This document shows positions 8,910 through 17,961 of a DNA stretch of 64,000 nucleotides, piece after piece (position 1 is the stretch's first letter; each line of letters starts with the position of its first letter). Under the pieces are notes generated by a model. It was not told where the DNA came from and did no database searches. It saw nothing but the letters and a program-made list of their open reading frames with translations. The stretch is from positions 64,001 to 128,000 of the forward strand of contig JBOEGF010000015.1 in NCBI GenBank assembly GCA_050633305.1, read 5' to 3'. The DNA is from Nannocystales bacterium (GTDB taxonomy: Bacteria; Myxococcota_A; Polyangia; Nannocystales; Nannocystaceae). A program made the translations under genes and the position numbers.

Positions 8910-10358
8910 ATGCGCAGACCTCACCTCACCGCGGCCCTGTGCCTACTCACCTTGCTCGGAGCTACGGGCGCCTGCGAGACATCGACCGACGCGGACGAAC
9001 TCACGGGCACTCACCGATCACTTGACGCGGAGGAAGTCTTCGGCCCCCTCGCGCCGGGCGAGGTCCTCGAGCTTGTCGACAACGAGGACGGTACCGTCTC
9101 GTACGCCCTCAGCCCCGAGTCGGCTCTCGAACAGGACACGCTGGTGACGGCGGGCTTCGTCACGTGGCGATATGTCGGCCAGGCCCACTTTCCGGCGGAG
9201 CACATGCAGGTGGACGAGATACAGCCATACGAGGTGGTCGAGGAGACGAACACCACGACCGATGAACAGCTCGCCACAATGGTAAGAGTCGACAACCGAG
9301 GCCGCCGTTGGGTGGTCGAACACTACGACGAGCAGGCTCTCGCGGAGGCGGTTGCGGCCTACGACGCCGCTGGGGAGGAAGAGCCGGACCGCCCCGAAGA
9401 GTTCCCCGAGGCGCTCGCTGGCATCCAAAACCCCGACCACACCCCTCCATTGGGTACCTGGGTCGACTTCGAACCGCACACCTGGACTCACTTCACGTGC
9501 CCCGCCGAAGGAGGCGCCCCCGAGATCCGGACCCATATGTGGGAAGGCGAAGACCGCACGACGGTGTTGACCCACACGTTCCAAGAGGAAGCGGCCGTCA
9601 AGATCTTCACGCTGCGCGACGGCGCACGCCCTACCGCCACCACCGCGCGACTCGGGCACTGCAGCGGTGTGATGATCGACGACTCCCACGTGTTGACAGC
9701 GGCACACTGTGTTTCGAACGCTCGCAACTTCGACCTGCAAGCCAACCGCGTGCAGGTTTGCCTGAGCACCAGCGGGTCGTGCACAGACAGCTTCTCGGGA
9801 ACACCGCTCGGAGTTGGGCCACTGCCCCCGTTCTCCGACTCATCTCCCAGCGGCCGGACCGTTGTCGCGATCGACCGGCCCGCGAACTACAATGGGGGCT
9901 CGGATACGACGATGGGTATCGACTGGGATGACGATTGGGCGATCGTCACGCTCAGTGGCCCGTTCTCGAACCGGTCGCTTCGGCTGTCCGGACTCAGCAA
10001 CCGGGGGATCCGGGCACTCACCCGAACCCGGAGCTTCGGATACCCAGCGCAGCGTCGCGACCCAAGCCCCTCGGGGTGCGACGAGACGCTCTCCCGGCTT
10101 CAGCGTGTGACCGAGATCGAGTCGCCCTCGTCCACCACAACCAAGAAGGTACGCCACCGCTCCGACGCCACGGCGGGTCAATCCGGCGCGCCGATGTACT
10201 ACTGTCCTCACAGGGACAACTCGCGATGCAATGAACACCCGCGGGAGACAGGCTTCGTCTATGGCGTCCACTCGGGATGGAACGGCTTCAACCTGCACGT
10301 CGTCGGTCCGAAGGTCCCCAACTTCAGGGCCGCGGCCCTCGCGATGATCGAGGGTTGA
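8910..10358 (+). CDS. Lipoprotein trypsin-like (S1) serine protease
   Basis: Signal with TGAC lipobox-like site; CSG...VLTAAHC, DWAIV, GQSGAP catalytic triad motifs. Confidence 0.9.
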   Translation: MRRPHLTAALCLLTLLGATGACETSTDADELTGTHRSLDAEEVFGPLAPGEVLELVDNEDGTVSYALSPESALEQDTLVTAGFVTWRYVGQAHFPAEHMQVDEIQPYEVVEETNTTTDEQLATMVRVDNRGRRWVVEHYDEQALAEAVAAYDAAGEEEPDRPEEFPEALAGIQNPDHTPPLGTWVDFEPHTWTHFTCPAEGGAPEIRTHMWEGEDRTTVLTHTFQEEAAVKIFTLRDGARPTATTARLGHCSGVMIDDSHVLTAAHCVSNARNFDLQANRVQVCLSTSGSCTDSFSGTPLGVGPLPPFSDSSPSGRTVVAIDRPANYNGGSDTTMGIDWDDDWAIVTLSGPFSNRSLRLSGLSNRGIRALTRTRSFGYPAQRRDPSPSGCDETLSRLQRVTEIESPSSTTTKKVRHRSDATAGQSGAPMYYCPHRDNSRCNEHPRETGFVYGVHSGWNGFNLHVVGPKVPNFRAAALAMIEG

Positions 10359-10522
10359 GCCTCGCTGCGGGGGTAAATGGCGGCGTCGGCGAGACAGGCA
10401 CTGCTCGTCGACGCACCACGAGGAACAGTTCCCTGCCGACGATCCTGCGACCCCGACGGCCCAGGACGGCCGGAGCCGACTTCGTATCGCCGACCGCGGC
10501 CGGGGTTGCTATGCTCCGCCGC

Positions 10523-10852
10523 ATGTCGGACTTCGACCTCAACGCGCTGATGCAGCAGGCCCAAGCCATGCAGCAGCAGATGGCGGAAATGCAGAAGAAC
10601 CTCGAGACCGTCGAGGTCACCGGAGCTGCAGGTGGCGGCATGGTCAAGGTCAGAGCCACGGCGGCACAGAAGATCCTCGGCATCGAGATCGACCCCGCGG
10701 TCATGGGCGAAGACAAAGACATGCTGCAGGACTTGATCACTGCGGCGGTCAACAGCGCCCTCGACACGGCCAAGGAAGCGGCGGCCAGCAAGGCATCGTC
10801 CCTGCTGCCTCCGGGCATGACGCCTCCGCCCGGCTTCCCCGGCCTCGGCTAG
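10523..10852 (+). CDS. ybaB: YbaB/EbfC nucleoid-associated protein
   Basis: LMQQAQAMQ...GAAGGGMVKV...MLQDLITAAVNSA; directly upstream of recR. Confidence 0.95.
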   Translation: MSDFDLNALMQQAQAMQQQMAEMQKNLETVEVTGAAGGGMVKVRATAAQKILGIEIDPAVMGEDKDMLQDLITAAVNSALDTAKEAAASKASSLLPPGMTPPPGFPGLG

Positions 10853-10957
10853 CTCGCCGTCCGTGTCTCGTGTCCGCTGCGCCAGGGCTTGCATGCCGTT
10901 GCCTCCTCCTCGACCGCAAGTCCGGAACCAAGCTCCGGGTCACGTTCGGAACACGCT

Positions 10958-11575
10958 GTGAATCCCCACGACCCACCCGCCGATCCTCTGCAGCGACTGT
11001 GTGCGCTGCTCGGCCGCCTGCCTGGCATCGGCGACAAGACAGCGCTTCGACTCGCGCTTGCGATCGTCAAGTCTGACCCCGAGTACGTGCGGGCGCTGTC
11101 CGAGACGCTCGGCACGGTCCACCACACGCTGCAACTGTGCGCCCAGTGTTGCGACCTCACCCCGGACCCGGTGTGTGAACGCTGCTCCGACGGCAAGCGC
11201 GACCGCAGCATCATCTGCGTCGTCGCACAACCCCAAGACCGGATGGCAATCGAGCGGTCGGGCGTTTTTCGCGGCCTCTATCACGTGCTGCACGGCGTGC
11301 TCGACCCGCTCGGCGGCATCGGACCCTCGGACCTCAAAATCGAGCCACTCCTACGGCGGCTCGAACCCAGCGAGGGCCCGGGCGTCGAAGAGCTCATCGT
11401 CGCCACCAGTCCCAACGTGGAGGGGGATGCCACCGCCCTCTACCTCAGCAAGCTCATCGGGCCGCTGGGCGTCAAGGTAAGCCGGATTGCCTCTGGTGTG
11501 GCGGTGGGTGGCGAGCTCGAATATGCGGACGTCACGACGCTGCATCGGGCCCTAGAAGACCGTCGCCGACTGTAG
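10958..11575 (+). CDS. recR: Recombination mediator RecR
   Basis: LPGIGDKTALRLA HhH, C4 zinc finger, YHVLHG, ATSPNVEGDATA, SRIASGVAVGGELEY. Confidence 0.97.
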   Translation: MNPHDPPADPLQRLCALLGRLPGIGDKTALRLALAIVKSDPEYVRALSETLGTVHHTLQLCAQCCDLTPDPVCERCSDGKRDRSIICVVAQPQDRMAIERSGVFRGLYHVLHGVLDPLGGIGPSDLKIEPLLRRLEPSEGPGVEELIVATSPNVEGDATALYLSKLIGPLGVKVSRIASGVAVGGELEYADVTTLHRALEDRRRL

Positions 11576-11768
11576 GTGCAAGATTCTTCCGCCTCAACGG
11601 CGGGAAAGATGCTGCCCGACGCTCGAACCGGTCGACTTGCCCCAGTGGTTCTGTTAGCGTCCTCCGACGTCGGGTCATGGCGTTGCTGTGACCCTCCTTC
11701 GCCCCACAGAACTTACGCCCGAGGGTAGCGCCCTCGATGCGATTCTCGAGTAGGAGCCACAACACAAC

Positions 11769-12248
11769 ATGCTCACGCCGCAGCTCGTGATGTACGAGGA
11801 AGAGGTCCGGCAGATCCAGAATGTCGCCGACCGCTTGCAGCAGGACTCCCGGTCCCAAGCCATCCTCGTCGTCGACAAGAACGGACAACTCATCGCGGCC
11901 TCCGGTTCTGCCAGCGAACTGGACACCACTTCACTCAGCTCGCTCGTGGCCGGCAACGTCGCCGCGACCGGGGGCATTGCCCAGCTGATCGAAGAAGAGG
12001 AGTTCACCGGTCAGTTCCACGAGGGCAAGGGAAAGAGCGTTCACATGACGATCGTGGGTCGCAAGATGATCCTCGCCGTCCTCTTCGACAAGTCCACGAC
12101 TCAGGGCTTGGTGAAGTTGCGTGTGAAAAAAGCTTCGATCGAACTCGAGAAGATTCTCGACGAGGTCGACAAAAAGGCCGCCAGCTCGAAGAACGACGTC
12201 TTCTCGGAAATCACCGACGCGGACATCGACAACCTCTTCAACGACTAG
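11769..12248 (+). CDS. mglB: Roadblock-domain GAP MglB
   Basis: LVMYEEE...LVVDKNGQLIA...DTTSLSSLVAGNVAATGG...FSEITDADIDNLF. Confidence 0.97.
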   Translation: MLTPQLVMYEEEVRQIQNVADRLQQDSRSQAILVVDKNGQLIAASGSASELDTTSLSSLVAGNVAATGGIAQLIEEEEFTGQFHEGKGKSVHMTIVGRKMILAVLFDKSTTQGLVKLRVKKASIELEKILDEVDKKAASSKNDVFSEITDADIDNLFND

Positions 12249-12272
12249 AACCAGAGGGGGCCCGGGCCGAAA

Positions 12273-12860
12273 ATGTCGTTCATCAACTACAGCTCGCGAG
12301 AGATCAACTGCAAGCTCGTCTACTACGGGCCGGGTCTCTGCGGGAAGACGACCAACCTTCAGTACATCTACAACAAGACCCGCGAGGACGCGAAAGGCAA
12401 GATGATCTCGCTTGCCACCGAGACCGAGCGGACCTTGTTCTTCGACTTCTTGCCGCTTTCGCTCGGCGAGATTCGGGGATTTCGGACGCGCTTCCACCTC
12501 TACACGGTCCCTGGCCAGGTCTTCTACGACGCCAGTCGGAAGCTCATCCTCAAAGGTGTCGATGGTGTTTGTTTCGTCGCCGACTCCCAGCTGGAGCGGA
12601 TGGAAGCCAACATCGAGAGCCTCGAGAACCTTCGAGAGAACCTCACCGAGCAGGGCTACGAACTCGACAAGCTCCCGTACTGCGTCCAGTACAACAAGCG
12701 AGACCTGCCCAGCGCGGTTCCGGTCGAGGAGCTTTCCGAGATGCTCAACCCGACCAAGGTCCCCGAGTACGAGGCGATTGCAACAACCGGCCAGGGTGTC
12801 TTTGACACGCTGAAGGCGCTGGCCAAACAGGTTTTGCAAGAGCTCCGCAAGGGCAGCTGA
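12273..12860 (+). CDS. mglA: Small Ras-like GTPase MglA (motility/polarity)
   Basis: MSFINYSSREINCKLVYYGPGLCGKTTNL, TVPGQ, NKRD. Confidence 0.99.
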   Translation: MSFINYSSREINCKLVYYGPGLCGKTTNLQYIYNKTREDAKGKMISLATETERTLFFDFLPLSLGEIRGFRTRFHLYTVPGQVFYDASRKLILKGVDGVCFVADSQLERMEANIESLENLRENLTEQGYELDKLPYCVQYNKRDLPSAVPVEELSEMLNPTKVPEYEAIATTGQGVFDTLKALAKQVLQELRKGS

Positions 12861-12880
12861 CCGCTGGCTCGTGCGATGTG

Positions 12881-12912
12881 AAAGCCGCCCCCTCCGGAGG
12901 GCGGTTTTTTTG
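12881..12912 (+). terminator. Rho-independent terminator after mglA
   Basis: AAAGCCGCCC-loop-GGGCGGTTTTTTT. Confidence 0.9.
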
Positions 12913-13044
12913 TGCCACCACGGATCGTACCGATAGGGCGGTGGGGAGCCGAGCTACGCGAGATCACCGGGGAAACGAATCAACACCGACCCTGTCGCGT
13001 CTCCGTTGATCTTTGCCCGATCGCGCGTCAGGATTCGGCCTCCG

Positions 13045-14400
13045 ATGAGCGACGCTTCTGGCCAGCCCCCCGCCGATGGTGAGGAGGGCATTGCGAAGGA
13101 CCCCGAGTTCCGCGACGACGCGCTGTCGGAGCTGATGACCGGAGCGTTCGCGGCGACCTCGATGGTTACGATGGGTGGAGAGGGAGGCGAGGGGGACCTC
13201 CCCGCACCTCCCGTCTGGGCACCGAGCGAGGACGCACCTCAGGCCGAGGGTCTAGACGATGCGTTGGGCTCGCCCGCGCCGCTTCCCTCCGGTCCGCACG
13301 ACCATCTCGAACCGGAGCTCGAGATCGATACCGATTTCGAGGAAGACATTCCTGCACTCGCGGTCGCGGACGTCGCAGAGCCACGCCCCAACGAGGCCGT
13401 GACCGTTCCGCTGTCCGGTCCCGATCCTGAGGCGGAGCCTGTTCTGCGGCCTCCGTCGGTCGACATGCCGATCTCGTCCGACGACTACCCCGCTCACCTG
13501 GGGTACGTCGATGACGATGGCGAAGGCGCCGCGTCGATCAGCACCGACTCCGGCGTTGTCGTCACCCCCAAGCATGCCCAGGGTGCCATGCTGACCGGGG
13601 CGTACCCCACAATCTCCCCCCAGCTCCGATCGCCAGCCCCTCGACGCGAGCAAGGCTCAGCCAAGTGGTTGATCGGTGGAGCAGTCCTCGTTGGACTCGT
13701 GGTCATCGGGGCCGTGGTCATGATGAGCGGCGGCACAGCGGGAGGCCAGGCCGCGGGCTCCGCCGACACGTCCGCCGAGCCTTCCACCGCCGCGGTCGTC
13801 CCGAACCCCGCCGCACCTCCTTCGGCACCGGAGACTCCCGGCCCGGCACCCACTCCCGGGACCAAGGCCCCGGAGTCCACGGCCTCGGACTCCGTCGCGC
13901 CCTCAGGTCAGGATGCCCCTGCCGCCGCAGGTGACGACCCGAAGCCCGCCTATGCCGCCGCACTGGCCCGCTACGAGGCCAACCCGGACAATCCGGGCCT
14001 CCTCGAGCTCACACTCACCGCATGTGCGCTCGGCCTCGGCCCCGAGGCACGGACCGCATTTCACAAGCTCGTCGGCGGGAAGGCCAGAAGCAAGGCGGTC
14101 GTGAAGTGTCGTGAGGCGGGAATCGACGTCACGTCGAAAGCTCGCGGATACACCGGACCCGAGATCGCAGCGCAAGCCCGAGAAGCTCTCGATGACGGTC
14201 GAGCAAGCGATGCCCTTGCGCTGGCCAAGCAGAGCAACCGGACCGAGCGCAACCATGCCGCCCTCGAGGTCATGGTGCTCGCCCACTGCGAACTCAAGCA
14301 GAAGAAGTCCGCCAAGAAGCTGCTCCGCCATATCTCCGAGAGACACCGTAAGGTGCTCGTCGACGACTGCGCCAAGCGTGGCGTGAAACTGCGTCGCTAG
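13045..14400 (+). CDS. Single-pass membrane protein (acidic disordered N-terminus, Cys-containing helical C-terminus)
   Basis: TM WLIGGAVLVGLVVIGAVVMM; duplicated C-terminal helical units with paired Cys. Confidence 0.7.
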   Translation: MSDASGQPPADGEEGIAKDPEFRDDALSELMTGAFAATSMVTMGGEGGEGDLPAPPVWAPSEDAPQAEGLDDALGSPAPLPSGPHDHLEPELEIDTDFEEDIPALAVADVAEPRPNEAVTVPLSGPDPEAEPVLRPPSVDMPISSDDYPAHLGYVDDDGEGAASISTDSGVVVTPKHAQGAMLTGAYPTISPQLRSPAPRREQGSAKWLIGGAVLVGLVVIGAVVMMSGGTAGGQAAGSADTSAEPSTAAVVPNPAAPPSAPETPGPAPTPGTKAPESTASDSVAPSGQDAPAAAGDDPKPAYAAALARYEANPDNPGLLELTLTACALGLGPEARTAFHKLVGGKARSKAVVKCREAGIDVTSKARGYTGPEIAAQAREALDDGRASDALALAKQSNRTERNHAALEVMVLAHCELKQKKSAKKLLRHISERHRKVLVDDCAKRGVKLRR

Positions 14401-14438
14401 ACCACGGTCGACCGAAACACCGAGCCTAGCGGGCGTCC

Positions 14439-16508
14439 CTAGTCTTCCCCGAAGAGGTCGTCCCAGCCGTCCGTATCGATCGCCGGCTTGTTCCCGGCAG
14501 AGTCAGCAACAGGAGGCGCGGCCACCTTCGGGGGTGCGACTTTCGGGGGCGTGGGCAACTGAGGCGCCACCGGTTTTGTCGCTCCGTTGCGGGGACCGGT
14601 TTCGCTGCCAAACGCCGGGACCGGCGGAGGCACAAACAGGGGCTGGGAGTCGGACCCGAACAGAGGTTTCTCGGGTGCTGCGGCCTCTTTGGCTTTGGCT
14701 TCGGCGCGCTCCCGGGCTCGTTCGGCGGCCGCTTGGGCGGCTGATTCGGCTTCTGCCTTCGCCCTTTTCTGGGAAGCGGCGTCGTCCTCCTCTGCAGACC
14801 GGGCCAACGTCTCCGCCACGACCCGCGCACGAGCTTCGCGCTCTTCCGCAGCTTTGTCCGCCGCCGCCTTCGCAACCGCCTTCTTCTCAGCTGCTTCCTT
14901 CGCGGCGGCTTCCTTCTCGGCCGCCGCCTTTTCAGCTGCTTCCTTTTCGGCCGCCGCCTTTTCAGCTGCTTCCTTTTCAGCTGCTTCCTTTTCAGCTGCT
15001 TCCTTTTCAGCTGCTTCCTTTTCAGCTGCTTCCTTCTCGGCCGCCGCCTTCTCAGCTGCCGCGGCGGCCTCCTTCTCAGCTGCTTCCTTCTCAGCTGCCG
15101 CGGCGGCCTCCTTCTCAGCTGCTTCCTTCTCAGCTGCCGCGGCGGCCTCCTTCTCAGCTGCGTCCTTCGCAGCGGCTTCTTTCTCGGCCGCGGCCTTCTC
15201 AGCTGCCACGGCGGCTTCCTTCTCAGCTGCGTCCTTGTCGGCAGCTTCCTTCTCAGCTGCCGCCTTCTCAGCTGCCGCCTTCTCGGACGCTTCTTTCTCG
15301 GCTGCTTCTTTCTCGGCTGCTTCCTTCTCGGCTGCTTCCTTCTCGGATGCTTCCTTCTCGGATGCTTCTTTCTCGGCCGCGTCCTTCTCAGCTGCAGCCT
15401 TCTCAGCTGCTTCGGTCGCTACAGCTTCTTTCTCGTCTGCGGCCTGCTCTGCGATTCGTGGGGTGGACGCAGGCTCTTCGGCGACCTGTGCAGACGCGGG
15501 CTCCTCTGCCTTTGCAGCGACAGAAGCCTCCTTCGCCTCACGGGCAGCTTCCTCGCGCCGCTCCTTGCGAGACTTCTTTCCGCCCCGGGCCCTCCGCTTC
15601 TCGCGTCGGTCCTTCCGACGGTCGCGCTTCCCTTTCGCCGGCTTGGCGTCGTTCTCGTTCGAGTCCTTCGACCCGGGCTTTCGCTTGCCCTTTGGGCTCT
15701 TGGACTCGGTAGCTTGTCGAAGCGATCGTCGAGCGCGCTTGTGGAGACCCTTGGCCGTGTCGTCGTCCTCGAAGTCCGACTCATCCATCGCCTCGAGCAA
15801 CGCGGATGCCTGCTCCGTCTCGCCGTCCCGGGCGTACGCAAGGGCGAGAGCGGCGTCGGTCCGCGGCGCAGCGCCGAGCTCTTTGCGTGCCAACTCCAAC
15901 AACTCGACGGCGCGCGACGTCTTGCCAGGTTCCTCGACATAGGCGACCCCGAGGTTGAAAGCATCGAGCGAACGCAACTGTTTCCGCTCCTCCATCCCGA
16001 GCAAGAGTTGGCGCGCCCCTTTTGGATCGCCAGAGAGAACCAACGCGTGGGCCTGCGAGCCAACGAGGTCCGGCTGCTGCGCGTTGCCACTCTGGCGCGC
16101 GGCTTCGGCAAACGCCGCCGCTGCCGCTCGCGGGTCTCCCTTGATGACGTTCAGTCGTCCCTTCTGAGCGGACACCCAGACATGCGGCGCGAAGCGAGAA
16201 ACCATCCATCGCTCCTCGAGTCCCGACATCAACTTGCCCGCTTCGCTTCTCGACGCGCCCGCGAGCGTCTTGCCCAACGCTTCGAGGCGACCGTCCACCC
16301 AAGGAAACAGGCCGAAGAACACGAGGGCCGCAACCGCAACCCCGCCGAGCCGGACCGGCATCATCGGGAACGCCAAACCCAGCAGAACGATCGCACTCGC
16401 GATCGTCCAACGAAGCAGCCGCCCCTGAAACGGTCGCGAACCCCGAGACCAGACCTCGCGGGGTAACTCGACCAATGAAGCATCGTTCCCGCGCGCCAAC
16501 GCACCCAT
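14439..16508 (-). CDS. Membrane-anchored TPR-like protein with long E/K/A-rich helical repeat
   Basis: Two N-terminal TM segments, TPR-like helices, basic patch, (AAEKE)n, Pro-rich tail ending GWDDLFGED. Confidence 0.75.
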   Translation of the reverse strand: MGALARGNDASLVELPREVWSRGSRPFQGRLLRWTIASAIVLLGLAFPMMPVRLGGVAVAALVFFGLFPWVDGRLEALGKTLAGASRSEAGKLMSGLEERWMVSRFAPHVWVSAQKGRLNVIKGDPRAAAAAFAEAARQSGNAQQPDLVGSQAHALVLSGDPKGARQLLLGMEERKQLRSLDAFNLGVAYVEEPGKTSRAVELLELARKELGAAPRTDAALALAYARDGETEQASALLEAMDESDFEDDDTAKGLHKRARRSLRQATESKSPKGKRKPGSKDSNENDAKPAKGKRDRRKDRREKRRARGGKKSRKERREEAAREAKEASVAAKAEEPASAQVAEEPASTPRIAEQAADEKEAVATEAAEKAAAEKDAAEKEASEKEASEKEAAEKEAAEKEAAEKEASEKAAAEKAAAEKEAADKDAAEKEAAVAAEKAAAEKEAAAKDAAEKEAAAAAEKEAAEKEAAAAAEKEAAEKEAAAAAEKAAAEKEAAEKEAAEKEAAEKEAAEKEAAEKAAAEKEAAEKAAAEKEAAAKEAAEKKAVAKAAADKAAEEREARARVVAETLARSAEEDDAASQKRAKAEAESAAQAAAERARERAEAKAKEAAAPEKPLFGSDSQPLFVPPPVPAFGSETGPRNGATKPVAPQLPTPPKVAPPKVAAPPVADSAGNKPAIDTDGWDDLFGED
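14860..15430 (-). repeat. Tandem 15-nt coding repeat (AAEKE/AAEKA)n
   Basis: Repeated TTCTCAGCTGCTTCC-type units on + strand. Confidence 0.95.
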
Positions 16509-16836
16509 AAGGCGAGGTGGATACCGCGGTTGCGCGTTTCCCCGCAAACTCGCCAGCGTTTTCGCCTCCGAAAGCGCGCAGCGCCCGCGATTGGCAGAGC
16601 ACGAGGAGCCCATCCCGTCGGGTCGGACGGGCCAAGCCCTCGGCTCGGCGTTCGCTGAGGGTCCTGCCAAGATCGGCGCGCGAAACCTGAAACCGGCTCC
16701 GGAGGCCCCATACCGGGAGCTTTTGGGCGCAATCGCAAGCGGACGGGTCCCGACGGACGCGGTGTCTGAACCCATCGACGACCACCCTCGACGAGCCCTT
16801 GCCGGTTTTGCGGTCAGGGCCGCAGTTTCGCGCACT

Positions 16837-17961
16837 ATGCTGACCGTGGTGTCCAAGCCCGCAATCGACCTCGCGCAACTCGTGGGCCGCCGAGAACAGT
16901 TCGCCTACGAGCAGCATCTGGCGCGTTCGACCTACGCCTACGGTGTCGACCTCCGACGCGCCGCATGGCTGGACTCCAGCCGACTCGGCGATCCGCTCAT
17001 GCGTACGGTCGATCGCCGCTGGAATAGTCTGACCACCAACCTCTCGGCGGACGCGTTGCAGCCGGGAGGGACCACCCTGTCGTCAAGGGTCATGGACCAA
17101 CTGCTTGGTCTGGTGCGTCTGCTTCACGCACCGTGGCCGTCGATTAGGGTGCTTCAGCCCGGGGTCGCCGAACGCTGGCCAATCGTGACACCGCTGGGAA
17201 CGACAAAAGGTGGCTCGCATTGGATCATCGTCGACAAAGAACGGCTCGAAGCCCTCAGCGAATCCGAGCGTGCGTTCTTGCTGGGCTCGGCGATCTCGCA
17301 CCTTCAGTGCGACCACGGTCCGCTCTTCACAGCCCACCTCATGGCCCACCGGTCCGGACGAGGCGAAGGCCTTGTCCGCACGCTGCTTCGACCGTGGTCC
17401 CGCGTCTGCGTATTCTCTGCCGACAGGGCGGGACTCCTCGCCGTCGATGAACTGGACCTGGCCCGGGCGTCGCTTCGCGCCCACGCCGACCCTGGCGTCC
17501 CATGGCTTCCGCCGATGCCGGACGTTGCGGAGCGCCTGCGCGCACTCGAAGAGTTCTCCAAGTCGCGTGTTCTCGCGCGCCTCCGCCTCAGCGGCCCCCA
17601 CACCCGATGGAGTCTCGCGCCTCGCCTCGCGCAGCCGGTCGAGGCATCCGCAGATGCGGACCCGGGCAAGACCCCGCCGCAGGCCGACAGCGGGCCCGGA
17701 GCTGCGGCTCCAGCTCAGCCTCCCGAGCCTTCCGCGCCGGCCGAGCCTGAGCCCGAGACCTCCGCTGCAGAGTCCGACTCCGTCGCCGAGGCCGAGGCCG
17801 ACGGCGAGCGACTCGCCGAAGCCCAGGCCGCCGCTGACGAAGCGCGCGAGGCCATGGAAGACGAGCTCGCACAGGCCAAAGCCAAAGACCGGGTCCTCGC
17901 CGAAGCTTGGCCCCTTGCCCGTTGCGACCAACGCCTGACCCGAAGGCTGGGACTGCTGTGA
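16837..17961 (+). CDS. M48 (HtpX/Ste24-like) peptidase homolog with degenerate zinc site
   Basis: LSESERAFLLGSAISHLQCDH where HExxH is expected; WSRVCVFSADRAGLLA matches the M48 SADRAG motif. Confidence 0.6.
   Translation: MLTVVSKPAIDLAQLVGRREQFAYEQHLARSTYAYGVDLRRAAWLDSSRLGDPLMRTVDRRWNSLTTNLSADALQPGGTTLSSRVMDQLLGLVRLLHAPWPSIRVLQPGVAERWPIVTPLGTTKGGSHWIIVDKERLEALSESERAFLLGSAISHLQCDHGPLFTAHLMAHRSGRGEGLVRTLLRPWSRVCVFSADRAGLLAVDELDLARASLRAHADPGVPWLPPMPDVAERLRALEEFSKSRVLARLRLSGPHTRWSLAPRLAQPVEASADADPGKTPPQADSGPGAAAPAQPPEPSAPAEPEPETSAAESDSVAEAEADGERLAEAQAAADEAREAMEDELAQAKAKDRVLAEAWPLARCDQRLTRRLGLL

Noticed and set aside
14534..15942. (AASFS)n and (PSQLL)n ORFs
   Set aside because: Antisense readings of the AAEKE repeat
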